Positions 9,689 through 21,600 of a stretch of 64,000 bases of DNA are shown here, one piece after another. The stretch comes from an uncultured candidatus Porisulfidus sp. (GTDB lineage: Bacteria; Pseudomonadota; Gammaproteobacteria; Poriferisulfidales; Oxydemutatoraceae). Made by a program: the position numbers and the translations under genes. The notes under the pieces are model-generated. The model was not told where the DNA came from. It saw only the letters and a list, made by a program, of their open reading frames with translations, and did not search any database. The stretch lies in assembly GCA_965215125.1 (NCBI GenBank), contig OZ244052.1, positions 1,536,001-1,600,000 of the forward strand, written 5' to 3'. Every line of letters begins with the position of its first letter. Position 1 is the stretch's first letter.

Positions 9689-12600
9689 ATGATTGCCAAA
9701 CAGAGAAACCCGATAAGAAAGATTTTTACGATATTGCTGTTGCTATTAGTCGGCAGTGCATTTGCACAAACCTCATTTGTCCAAAGTCGGTTTTCAGGTA
9801 TGCCGTCGGATGAAAATGAGATAGCCGGTGAATGTAATGACTGTCAGCCAAGCGTAGACGGCGTATTGGAATATAGGATTGCTATGGAGGAACTAGAAAG
9901 CGATAGAGTTAACACCACTGCCACCTATAACGTTCAAATGAGGATAATCGGAGGCAACACAATCACTAAAGGCGCGACCAGATTGGCATTTGCGTCGGCT
10001 AGATTAACATATAACACTGATGCGTTCGGCAAAAAGGCAAAAGAAAATAACAAATGCGACTATGATGTTGTCGGTGCTTTTGCGGAGCAAGGAAAAGGAT
10101 ATAGCTATACATTCAATGATACTACCGATGATAGCTTCACCATTACCGCCTACACTCCTGCTCGGACAACCACGGCATCTAATTTAGTGCAGCTTAGTGA
10201 AACATTTCAAGATTTTGTAAAAATCTCATGTAATATCGAAAATAGCGATCAAGATGCAGGCGTTGCAATTAGTGGAACCGACATCACGGCGAACATGATA
10301 TATGTCTACAGCGATGCAAATGAAACGAATACTAACATATCTGCTAGGCGTGGCATATTCCCGCTGGTTCACAATAGCCTTCGTGGTTTTCGTTTGGACG
10401 AGAAGACCTGGGTGAGGGATTACTCAAGATATGGAGATGGGCGTGGCGTGCGTCTTGAATTTTCTAAAGGTATTGACACTCAATTAACCGAAGCTAATTT
10501 TACGCTTGATGCAACCACCGCAACCACCGATTCGGTGATAAGCAAAGTGAATCATAACTCTGGTAGCAATTATGCCGAGATTGAGTTTAGTCAGGCTATA
10601 GGAGATGACATCTTGAGGCTAGTCAGTAGTAGTCCCACGGTTAAAGATGCAGATAATGGTGAATTAGCTGATGGCAATTTTGTTGCGGCTTTGTTTTATG
10701 ACTCGGTAGCACCTAGAGTTACCGCCATTGCTCAAAACACCGATTTCAGTGGCCCGGCAAATCGTACGGAATGGATACTGACTTTCAGTAGTGCGATTAG
10801 TCCTAGCACCGTCAATAAAGATAGTTTGTGTGTAGCCGAGATGAATGGAATATGTGTGGCAGAAGGAATGACGCCGACGATACCCATTATCGGTGTAAGG
10901 ACTGATGGAGATTCGCCGACTACACTCACAGTAGTTGTAGATCAGACTGCCGGATTCGCAACAGGTGGTATGCGGTCTATAGAATTTAGGCGCAATGCCA
11001 TTCAAGGCGCAACTAACTTCAAAGTAGTTGAAGATTATCAGCCGGCATTAAGAGACGCAGTGATTCTACAACAAGATACTACCGCCCCAGAGATTACAGT
11101 GGCTAGAGTAAGGTCGGATGGCACCCCGGCCTCGGCATCGGACAATCTTATCCCGGTGGGCGACAATTATGTGATGTACTTTCAGGTGACCGCCAATGAA
11201 GATGTAGAAAGTTTAGATGACCTAGATTCTTATCAGTTGCAAGACAATACCGGGACAGTAGTTGATGATGCCGTCGGTTCAATACATAGTGGCTCAGGGT
11301 CAAACAGAAGCGTAATACTTCGGTACACCATCCTAGTTAGCAGTGCAACTAGTGTGACGTATTTCACGGTGGTTCGTAGTAATGTTGCAACAAGCCTGCA
11401 AGATGTGGCAAGCAATCAGCCGGTTGATGTTGACCGCAATCCAATAGCGAATGGAGGCATCATAACCAATGCTCCGTCGGCTCGGGCACCAAGAGATACA
11501 ACCGGACCGATAATCACTGTGGGTACGACAACTATTATGCCGACCAGTAGTGGCTTAAAATATATCGTAACATTTGAGATTAATGCCAACGAATCTGTTC
11601 CGACTATAGCGGAAGTTAATTCTTATACGGTGACACGAGAGGGCGATGGAAATGAACCGTCGGTTACTGATACGGTAGATGTGGTGGCTAATGATGCCAT
11701 GACTGCTGCAACAGTGACCTATACTGCCGCCTTCGGTTCTGACCAATACGCCGATGTGCGAGCCACAACAGGCTGGACACTAGGCTTTGTATCGGGGGCA
11801 TTATTGGATGTAGATAGGAATGCGCCAACGTTACCGGATAGTCCGTTAGCAAGTAGAGATACCACTGCGCCGCAAATCACGATAGCAGGTTCTCCGACAC
11901 TGACTTTAGATGCCACCACCGCTACTGCGAGTTTTGTGGTGGTAGCAGATAAGGCTGTAGAGACCTTGGATGAAGGGGATTCATATCAGCTATACCGATT
12001 TGAAGGTGGCCCCGGTTCTCCGGTAAGCGGTGCCACGGCGGCGATTGATCCCCGTAGTGATAACCGCAGAACGACTCTGACTTATGTTGTGGCATTGAGT
12101 GATCAAGAGGTGATAGACACGGAGAGCTTTGGTTTATACCGAGCTGAAGATAATACGAAATTGTTGGATAATTCAGGCAATTTACCTGTGCAAGGTGATG
12201 GTTCGACATTAATAGCTACAGACACGGAGATAGACTCGACCCGGCGTGCCGTCAAGGAGACCGAGGGTGCGATGATTACGGTGGCTATCGTTGATCAAGT
12301 TGATGCAGATAATGATGTTGAGGCAGAACCGAATCCTAACGACGGAAGCCAATATACCATAGGTTTCACAATTACGAACACCGAGCACAGTACTAAGCCT
12401 ATTGGCGACCTTGCTACTACAACTTCTTATACGATACTGCGCAGAGTTGGGAGTAATAACTTGAATACCACTATCACGGTGGTTAGTGGGGCCGGTAGCG
12501 AGGATAGTGCAGGTGTAGCGACACTGGAGTTTGTGGTGAGCATAGCCGATCAAGCGACTACCGAGATGACGGACGGTTTTGTGCTGGCGCGTGCCAATAA

Positions 12601-15600
12601 TGCTGACGCCTTGCTGGATCGTAGCGGCAATCCTCCCAGACTGGGTACTACCCCCATTGGTGTAGGTGCGGTAATAGACGCTTCAGTCATCGCACGCCGA
12701 GATACGACAGCACCCAATCTGACGGTATCACCGAGCACGGCTGAAACAGACGATGGTAAGGTCTATACTTTTTCATTTGAAGTGACGAGAGAAGAAGCCG
12801 TTCGTGGTTTTAGTATTACGAGTTCATATTCCTTATTAGTCGCAGAAAAGGAAGAGAATGTAATGTCCGGGTTCCAAGTGGTAAGTGGCACTAATCCTAG
12901 TGTGGAGTTTTCCGAAGATAGACCTACGACTGCGGTAGTTAAATACAGCGTAGATGTAGATGACCTGCAAAGTAATCTTAGTATTGCTTCTACTTATGGG
13001 TTCATGCTCGGTCGTGCCGGCGGTGGTTTGCGAGACTTGGCGAACAATGACCCGGTGCAGAGCGATGCAGCCGGAGACAGGACGGCTACCGAAGTCGCCG
13101 ACGGACAACCACTGCAATTAGGTCAGGTAGTAGTATTAGATAGAGTGTCGCCAAGCATTACGGTATCGGCAGACAGCATTGCACCGGTGCCTGCTACCGT
13201 TGGTCGATACACGATGTCATTTACAACAACAGCGACCGAAGCCGTAAGGAATATAGCGCAAGCAGGTTCATACCGGTTAATGCGTGTCAGAACCGATAAT
13301 ACTTGGGAGGCAGCATCAGAAACTGCTATGCAAGAACAAGTATCCGTTGGTATGAATAATGAAGTCGACGGATTAGGGACTTCGGCGACATTCACCTATA
13401 CCATCACTTTCACCGGTGAAGCTCCAACTAGGCTTGCAAACATAAGAGGGACACGAGGGTTCACGCTGGCACTGGTTAGCGGGGAAAATCAAGTAAACTT
13501 ACGGGACATTGCAACTAACCTACCGGTGAAAAGCAATGGCGATGCGATATACGATACTGACGGGACGACCTTGCTGAATGACGGGATAATAGCACCGATA
13601 TCAGGTGGTGTGATTGTCGCAAGTGCGGTCGCAGCGAGAGACACGACAGGTCCTGATTTAACGGTAGCATCTATCGGCAATGCTGTCCCGGGTGCGACCG
13701 CTGTGGCATTGAGCGGGCGTTTCACGGTAGGTTCTACGGAAGCGATACGAGATATAAATAGTACGGCTTCATATAGCTTGCTTCGTATCCCGCTAAATAG
13801 TGATGGCAGTCCTAATGATGGGGGTGCGGTGTTAGAGAGCAGTGCGACTTTCACTGTGTCAAGCGGAAGCAATTTAAGTCAATCTGTGACAATTGACTTT
13901 ACTGCCGTGCTTGATGATGTTGTCCAAGTGCGAGGCACTTATGGTTTCACATTGGCGAGTGCGATTGTTGCGGGCGGTGGATTGCGAGACATATGGGGCA
14001 ATGCGGTGGTTGCGATTTCAGCCGAGCAGAACAGGCTGACAGCCGGCAATAATGCAGTGGTGGCAATAGAGAAAGTTCCCCCACAAATCACGATAGCAGG
14101 TTCTCCGACACTGACTTTAGATGCCGACACCGCTACTGCGACCTTTGTGGTGTTGGCAAGTGAGGATGTAGAGACCTTGGATGAAGGGGATTCATATCAG
14201 CTATACCGATTTGAAGGCGGCACCGGTTCTCCGGTAAGCGGTGCCACGGCGACGATTGATCCCCGTAGTGATAACCGCAGAACGACTCTGACTTATGTTG
14301 TGACATTGACTGCTCAAGAGGTGATGGACACGGAGAGCTTTGGTTTATACCGAGCTGAAGATAATACGAAATTGTTGGATAATTCAGGCAATTTACCTGT
14401 GCAAGGTGATGGTTCGACATTAATAGCTACAGGCACGGAGATAGACTCGACCCGGCGTGCCGTCAAGGAGACCGAGGGTGCGATGATTACGGTGGCTATC
14501 GTTGATCAAGTTGATGCAGATAATGATGTTGAGGCAGACCCGAATCCTAACGACGGAAACCAATATACCATAGGTTTCACGGTCACGAATACAGACCACG
14601 GCACTCAATCTATTAGCGATCTTGCTACTACAGCTTCTTATACGATACTGCGCAGAGTTGGGAATAGTAACTTGAATACCACTATCACGGTGGTTAGTGG
14701 GACCGGTAGCGATAATGGTGCAGGTGTGGCGACACTGGAGTTTGTGGTGAGCATAGCCGATCAAGCGACTACCGAGATGACGGACGGTTTTGTGCTGGCG
14801 CGTGCTAACAATGCTGACGCCTTGCTGGATAGTAGCGGCAATCCTCCCAGACTAGGTACTACCCCCATTGGTGTAGGTGCGGTAATAGACGCTTCAGTCA
14901 TCGCACGCCGAGATACGACAGCACCCAATCTGACGGTATCACCGAGCACCGCTGAAACAGACGATGGTAAGGTCTATACTTTTTCATTTGAAGTGACGAG
15001 AGAAGAAGCCGTTCGTGGTTTTAGTATTACGAGTTCATATTCCTTATTAGTCGCAGAAAAGGAAGAGAATGTAATGTCCGGGTTCCAAGTGGTAAGTGGC
15101 ACTAATCCTAGTGTGGAGTTTTCCGAAGATAGACCTACGACTGCGGTATTTGAATACAGCGTAGATGTAGATGACCTGCAAAGTAATCTTAGTATTGCTT
15201 CTACTTATGGGTTCATGCTCGGTCGTGCCGGCGGTGGTTTGCGAGACTTGGCGAACAATGACCCGGTGCAGAGCGATGCAGCCGGAGACAGGACGGCTAC
15301 CGAAGTCGCCGACGGACAACCACTGCAATTAGGTCAGGTAGTAGTATTAGATAGAGTGTCGCCAAGCATTACGGTATCGGCAGACAGCATTGCACCGGTG
15401 CCTGCTACCGTTGGTCGATACACGATGTCATTTACAACAACAGCGACCGAAGCCGTAAGGAATATAGCGCAAGCAGGTTCATACCGGTTAATGCGTGTCA
15501 GAACCGATAATACTTGGGAGGCAGCATCATTAACTGCTTCGCAAGAACCAGTATCCGTTGGTATGAATAATGAAGTTGACGGATTAGGGACTTCGGCGAC

Positions 15601-18600
15601 ATTCACCTATACCATCACTTTCACCGGTGAAGCTCCAACTAGGCTTGCAAACATAAGAGGGACACGAGGGTTCACGCTGGCACTGGTTAGCGGGGAAAAT
15701 CAAGTAAACTTACGAGACATTGCAACTAACCTACCGGTGAAAAGCAATGGCGATGCGATATACGATACTGACGGGACGACCTTGCTGGATGACGGGATAA
15801 TAGCCCCGATATCAGGTGGTGTGATTGTCGCAAGTGCGGTCGCAGCGAGAGACACGACAGGTCCTGATTTAACGGTAGCATCTATCGGCAATGCTGTCCC
15901 GGGTGCGACCGCTGTGGCATTGAGCGGGCGTTTCACGGTAGGTTCTACGGAAGCGATACGAGATATAAATAGTACGGCTTCATATAGCTTGCTTCGTATC
16001 CCGCTAAATAGTGATGGCAGTCCTAATGATGGGGGTGCGGTGTTAGAGAGCAGTGCGACTTTCACTGTGTCAAGCGGAAGCAATTTAAGTCAATCTGTGA
16101 CAATTGACTTTACTGCCGTGCTTGATGATGTTGTCCAAGTGCGAGGCACTTATGGTTTCACATTGGCGAGTGCGATTGTTGCGGGCGGTGGATTGCGAGA
16201 CATATGGGGCAATGCGGTGGTTGCGATTTCAGCCGAGCAGAACAGGCTGACAGCCGGCAATAATGCAGTGGTGGCAATAGAGAAAGTTCCCCCACAAATC
16301 ACGATAGCAGGTTCTCCGACACTGACTTTAGATGCCGACACCGCTACTGCGACCTTTGTGGTGTTGGCAAGTGAGGATGTAGAGACCTTGGATGAAGGGG
16401 ATTCATATCAGCTATACCGATTTGAAGGCGGCACCGGTTCTCCGGTAAGCGGTGCCACGGCGACGATTGATCCCCGTAGTGATAACCGCAGAACGACTCT
16501 GACTTATGTTGTGACATTGACTGCTCAACAAGTGATAGACACGGAGAGCTTTGGTTTATACCGAGCTGAAGATAATACGAAATTGTTGGATAATTCAGGC
16601 AATTTACCTGTGCAAGGTGATGGTTCGACATTAATAGCTACAGGCACGGAGATAGACTCGACCCGGCGTGCCGTCAAGGAGACCGAGGGTGCGATGATTA
16701 CGGTGGCTATCGTTGATCAAGTTGATGCAGATAATGATGTTGAGGCAGACCCGAATCCTAACGACGGAAACCAATATACCATAGGTTTCACGGTCACGAA
16801 TACAGACCACGGCACTCAACCTATTGACGATCTTGCTACTACAGCTTCTTATACGATACTGCGCAGAGTTGGGAATAGTAACTTGAATACTACTATCACG
16901 GTGGTTAGTGGGACCGGTAGCGATAATGGTGCAGGTGTGGCGACACTGGAGTTTGTGGTGAGCATAGCCGATCAAGCGACTACCGAGATGACGGACGGTT
17001 TTGTGCTGGCGCGTGCTAACAATGCTGACGCCTTGCTGGATAGTAGCGGCAATCCCCCTAGACTGGGTACTACCCCCATTGGTGTAGGTGCGGTAATAGA
17101 CGCTTCAGTCATCGCACGCCGAGATACGACAGCACCCAATCTGACGGTATCACCGAGCACCGCTGAAACAGACGATGGTAAGGTCTATACTTTTTCATTT
17201 GAAGTGACGAGAGAAGAAGCCGTTCGTGGTTTTAGTATTACGAGTTCATATTCCTTATTAGTCGCAGAAAAGGAAGAGAATGTAATGTCCGGGTTCCAAG
17301 TGGCAGGTGGCATTAATCCTAGTGTGGAGTTTTCCGAAGATAGACCTACGACTGCGGTATTTGAATACAGCGTAGATGTAGATGACCTGCAAAGTAATCT
17401 TAGTATTGTTTCTACTTATGGGTTCATGCTTGGTCGTGCCGGCGGTGGTTTGCGAGACTTGGCGAACAATGACCCGGTGCAGAGCGATGCAGCCGGAGAC
17501 AGGACGACGACCGAAGTCGCCGACGGACAACCATTGCAATTAGGTCAGGTAGTATTATTAGATAGAGTGTCGCCAAGCATTACGGTATCGGCAGACAGCA
17601 TTGCACCGGTGCCTGCTACCGTTGGTCGATACACGATGTCATTTACAACAACAGCGACCGAAGCCGTAAGGAATATAGCGCAAGCAGGTTCATACCGGTT
17701 AATGCGTGTCAGAACCGATAATACTTGGGAGGCAGCATCATTAACTGCTTCGCAAGAACCAGTATCCGTTGGTATGAATAATGAAGTTGACGGATTAGGG
17801 ACTTCGGCGACATTCACCTATACCATCACTTTCACCGGTGAAGCTCCAACTAGGCTTGCAAACATAAGAGGGACACGAGGGTTCACGCTGGCACTGGTTA
17901 GCGGGGAAAATCAAGTAAACTTACGAGACATTGCAACTAACCTACCGGTGAAAAGCAATGGCGATGCGATATACGATACTGACGGGACGACCTTGCTGGA
18001 TGACGGGATAATAGCACCGATATCAGGTGGTGTGATTGTCGCAAGTGCGGTCGCAGCGAGAGACACGACAGGTCCTGATTTAACGGTAGCATCTATCGGC
18101 AATGCTGTCCCGGGTGCGACCGCTGTGGCATTGAGCGGGCGTTTCACGGTAGGTTCTACGGAAGCGATACGAGATATAAATAGTACGGCTTCATATAGCT
18201 TGCTTCGTATCCCGCTAAATAGTGATGGCAGTCCTAATGATGGGGGTGCGGTGTTAGAGAGCAGTGCGACTTTCACTGTGTCAAGCGGAAGCAATTTAAG
18301 TCAATCTGTGACAATTGACTTTACTGCCGTGCTTGATGATGTTGTCCAAGTGCGAGGCACTTATGGTTTCACATTGGCGAGTGCGATTGTTGCGGGCGGT
18401 GGATTGCGAGACATATGGGGCAATGCGGTGGTTGCGATTTCAGCCGAGCAGAACAGACTGACAGCCGGCAATAATGCAGTGGTGGCAATAGAGAAAGTTC
18501 CACCACAAATCACGATAGCAGGTTCTCCGACACTGACTTTAGATGCCACCACCGCTACTGCGACCTTTGTGGTGTTGGCAAGTGAGGATGTAGAGACCTT

Positions 18601-21600
18601 GGATGAAGGGGATTCATATCAGCTATACCGATTTGAAGGTGGTAGTGGTTCTCCGGTAAGCGGTGCCACGGCGACGATTGATCCCCGTAGTGATAACCGC
18701 AGAACGACTCTGACTTATGTTGTGACATTGACTGCTCAACAAGTGATAGACACGGAGAGCTTTGGTTTATACCGAGCTGAAGATAATACGAAATTGTTGG
18801 ATAATTCAGGCAATTTACCTGTGCAAGGTGATGGTTCGACATTAATAGCTACAGGCACGGAGATAGACTCGACCCGGCGTGCCGTCAAGGAGACCGAGGG
18901 TGCGATGATTACGGTGGCTATCGTTGATCAAGTTGATGCAGATAATGATGTTGAGGCAGAACCGAATCCTAACGATGGAAACCAATATACCATAGGTTTC
19001 ACGGTCACGAATACAGACCACGGCACTCAACCTATTGACGATCTTGCTACTACAGCTTCTTATACGATACTGCGCAGAGTTGGGAATAGTAACTTGAATA
19101 CTACTATCACGGTGGTTAGTGGGACCGGTAGCGAGGATAGTGCAGGTGTGGCAACACTGGAGTTTGTGGTGAGCATAGCCGATCAAGCGACTACCGAGAT
19201 GACGGACGGTTTTGTGCTGGCGCGTGCTAACAATGCTGACGCCTTGCTGGATAGTAGCGGCAATCCCCCTAGACTGGGTACTACCCCCATTGGTGTAGGC
19301 GCGGTAATAGACGCTTCAGTCATCGCACGCCGAGATACGACAGCACCCAATCTGACGGTATCACCGAGCACCGCTGAAACAGACGATGGTAAGGTCTATA
19401 CTTTTTCATTTGAAGTGACGAGAGAAGAAGCCGTTCGTGGTTTTAGTATTACGAGTTCATATTCCTTATTAGTCGCAGAAAAGGAAGAGAATGTAATGTC
19501 CGGGTTCCAAGTGGCAGGTGGCATTAATCCTAGTGTGGAGTTTTCCGAAGATAGACCTACGACTGCGGTATTTGAATACAGCGTAGATGTAGATGACCTG
19601 CAAAGTAATCTTAGTATTGTTTCTACTTATGGGTTCATGCTCGGTCGTGCCGGCGGTGGTTTGCGAGACTTGGCGAACAATGACCCGGTGCAGAGCGATG
19701 CAGCCGGAGACAGGACGACGACCGAAGTCGCCGACGGACAACCATTGCAATTAGGTCAGGTAGTATTATTAGATAGAGTGTCGCCAAGCATTACGGTATC
19801 GGCAGACAGCATTGCACCGGTGCCTGCTACCGTTGGTCGATACACGATGTCATTTACAACAACAGCGACCGAAGCCGTAAGGAATATAGCGCAAGCAGGT
19901 TCATACCGGTTGATGCGTGTAAAAACCGATAATACTTGGGAGGCAGCATCAGAAACTGCTATGCAAGAACAAGTATCCGTTGGTATGAATAATGAAGTTG
20001 ACGGATTAGGGACTTCGGCGACATTCACCTATACCATCACTTTCACCGGTGAAGCTACAACTAGGCTTGCGAACATAAGAGACACACGAGGGTTCACGCT
20101 GGCACTGGTTAGCGGAGAAAATCAAGTAAACTTACGGGACATTGCAACTAACCTGCCGGTGAAAAGCAATGGTGACAATATATACGATGCTGATGGGACG
20201 ACCTTGCTGGATGACGGGATAATAGCCCCGATATCAGGTGGTGTGATTGTCGCAAGTGCGGTCGCAGCGAGAGACACGACAGGTCCTGATTTAACGGTAG
20301 CATCTATCGGCAATGCTGTCCCGGGTGCGACCGCTGTGGCATTGAGCGGGCGTTTCACGGTAGGTTCTACGGAAGCGATACGAGATATAAATAGTACGGC
20401 TTCATATAGCTTGCTTCGTATCCCGCTAAATAGTGATGGCAGTCCTAATGATGGGGGTGCGGTGTTAGAGAGCAGTGCGACTTTCACTGTGTCAAGCGGA
20501 ACCAATTTAAGTCAATCTGTGACAATTGACTTTACTGCCGTGCTTGATGATGTTGTCCAAGTGCGAGGCACTTATGGTTTCACATTGGCGAGTGCGATTG
20601 TTGCGGGCGGTGGATTGCGAGACATATGGGGCAATGCGGTGGTTGCGATTTCAGCCGAGCAGAACAGGCTGACAGCCGGCAATAATGCAGTGGTGGCAAT
20701 AGAGAAAGTTCCACCACAAATTAATGTGGTTGCCGACGGTGTAGCAGTTCCGGTAGCTGAGACTAACGGCACGGAATATACCGTTAGGTTTAATGTTGAT
20801 GTTCAAAACGCCGAAGAAGTTAAAGGACTAGGCGATACGAGTTCTTACAATGTAATCCGTATTGGAGATTCGGGGAATACCACAGCCACTGCAGTAAGTG
20901 GCAACTCCAATGCCGATAATACAACCGCAACCTTGGTTTATGAAGTGGCAGTAGCTTCTCCGGTAGGCATAACAGGTTTCACTTTAGCGGGTGGCAGCGA
21001 CGTAGAGGCATTGAGAGACAATTCGGGCAATTTAGCTGTTCAAGGTAGCAGTACTACTACCAAAATAGCTACCGGTGTGCGCATAGATGACGATGGGACG
21101 GCATTAGCGCAAAGAGATACGATGCCCCCGGCAATTACGGTGGTAGCGGGTGCTGATGATGCCGTTCTGCAAGCACAAGCAGAAGCAGGCAATACATACC
21201 GGATGATGTTCACGGTCACGGTTGCAGATGATGATAATGTGCCGAGCCTGAACACAACATCTTCTTACCAATTAGTGCGTATATTCAAGGATGGCAGGGT
21301 TCCCGAGTTAGTTCGTGGTGCTACGGTTGAGGCAGCCGACAATGTATTCACATACACGGCAATGCTGACGACAGACATTGAGGATACGGAAGGGTTTACA
21401 CTGGCGCGTTCTAGCGACGAGACCAGCTTATTGGATGCATCGGGCAATATGCCGGTTAAGAATGATGGAACCACCATGATAGCTATCGGGGATGTGATCG
21501 CTCCGATAGACGACGACGGACAAGTTGTGCGAAGTGCAATAGCACGAACGCCACGAAGTGACGACGATACCTTGATAGGCTTGGTGTTGAGAAACTTGAT

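Noticed and set aside
11873-20716. Tandem array as a CRISPR or DGR-type diversifying locus
   Set aside because: Units are 2.2-kb in-frame coding repeats with no spacers; no cas or reverse transcriptase gene in the window; differences are not obviously adenine-specific
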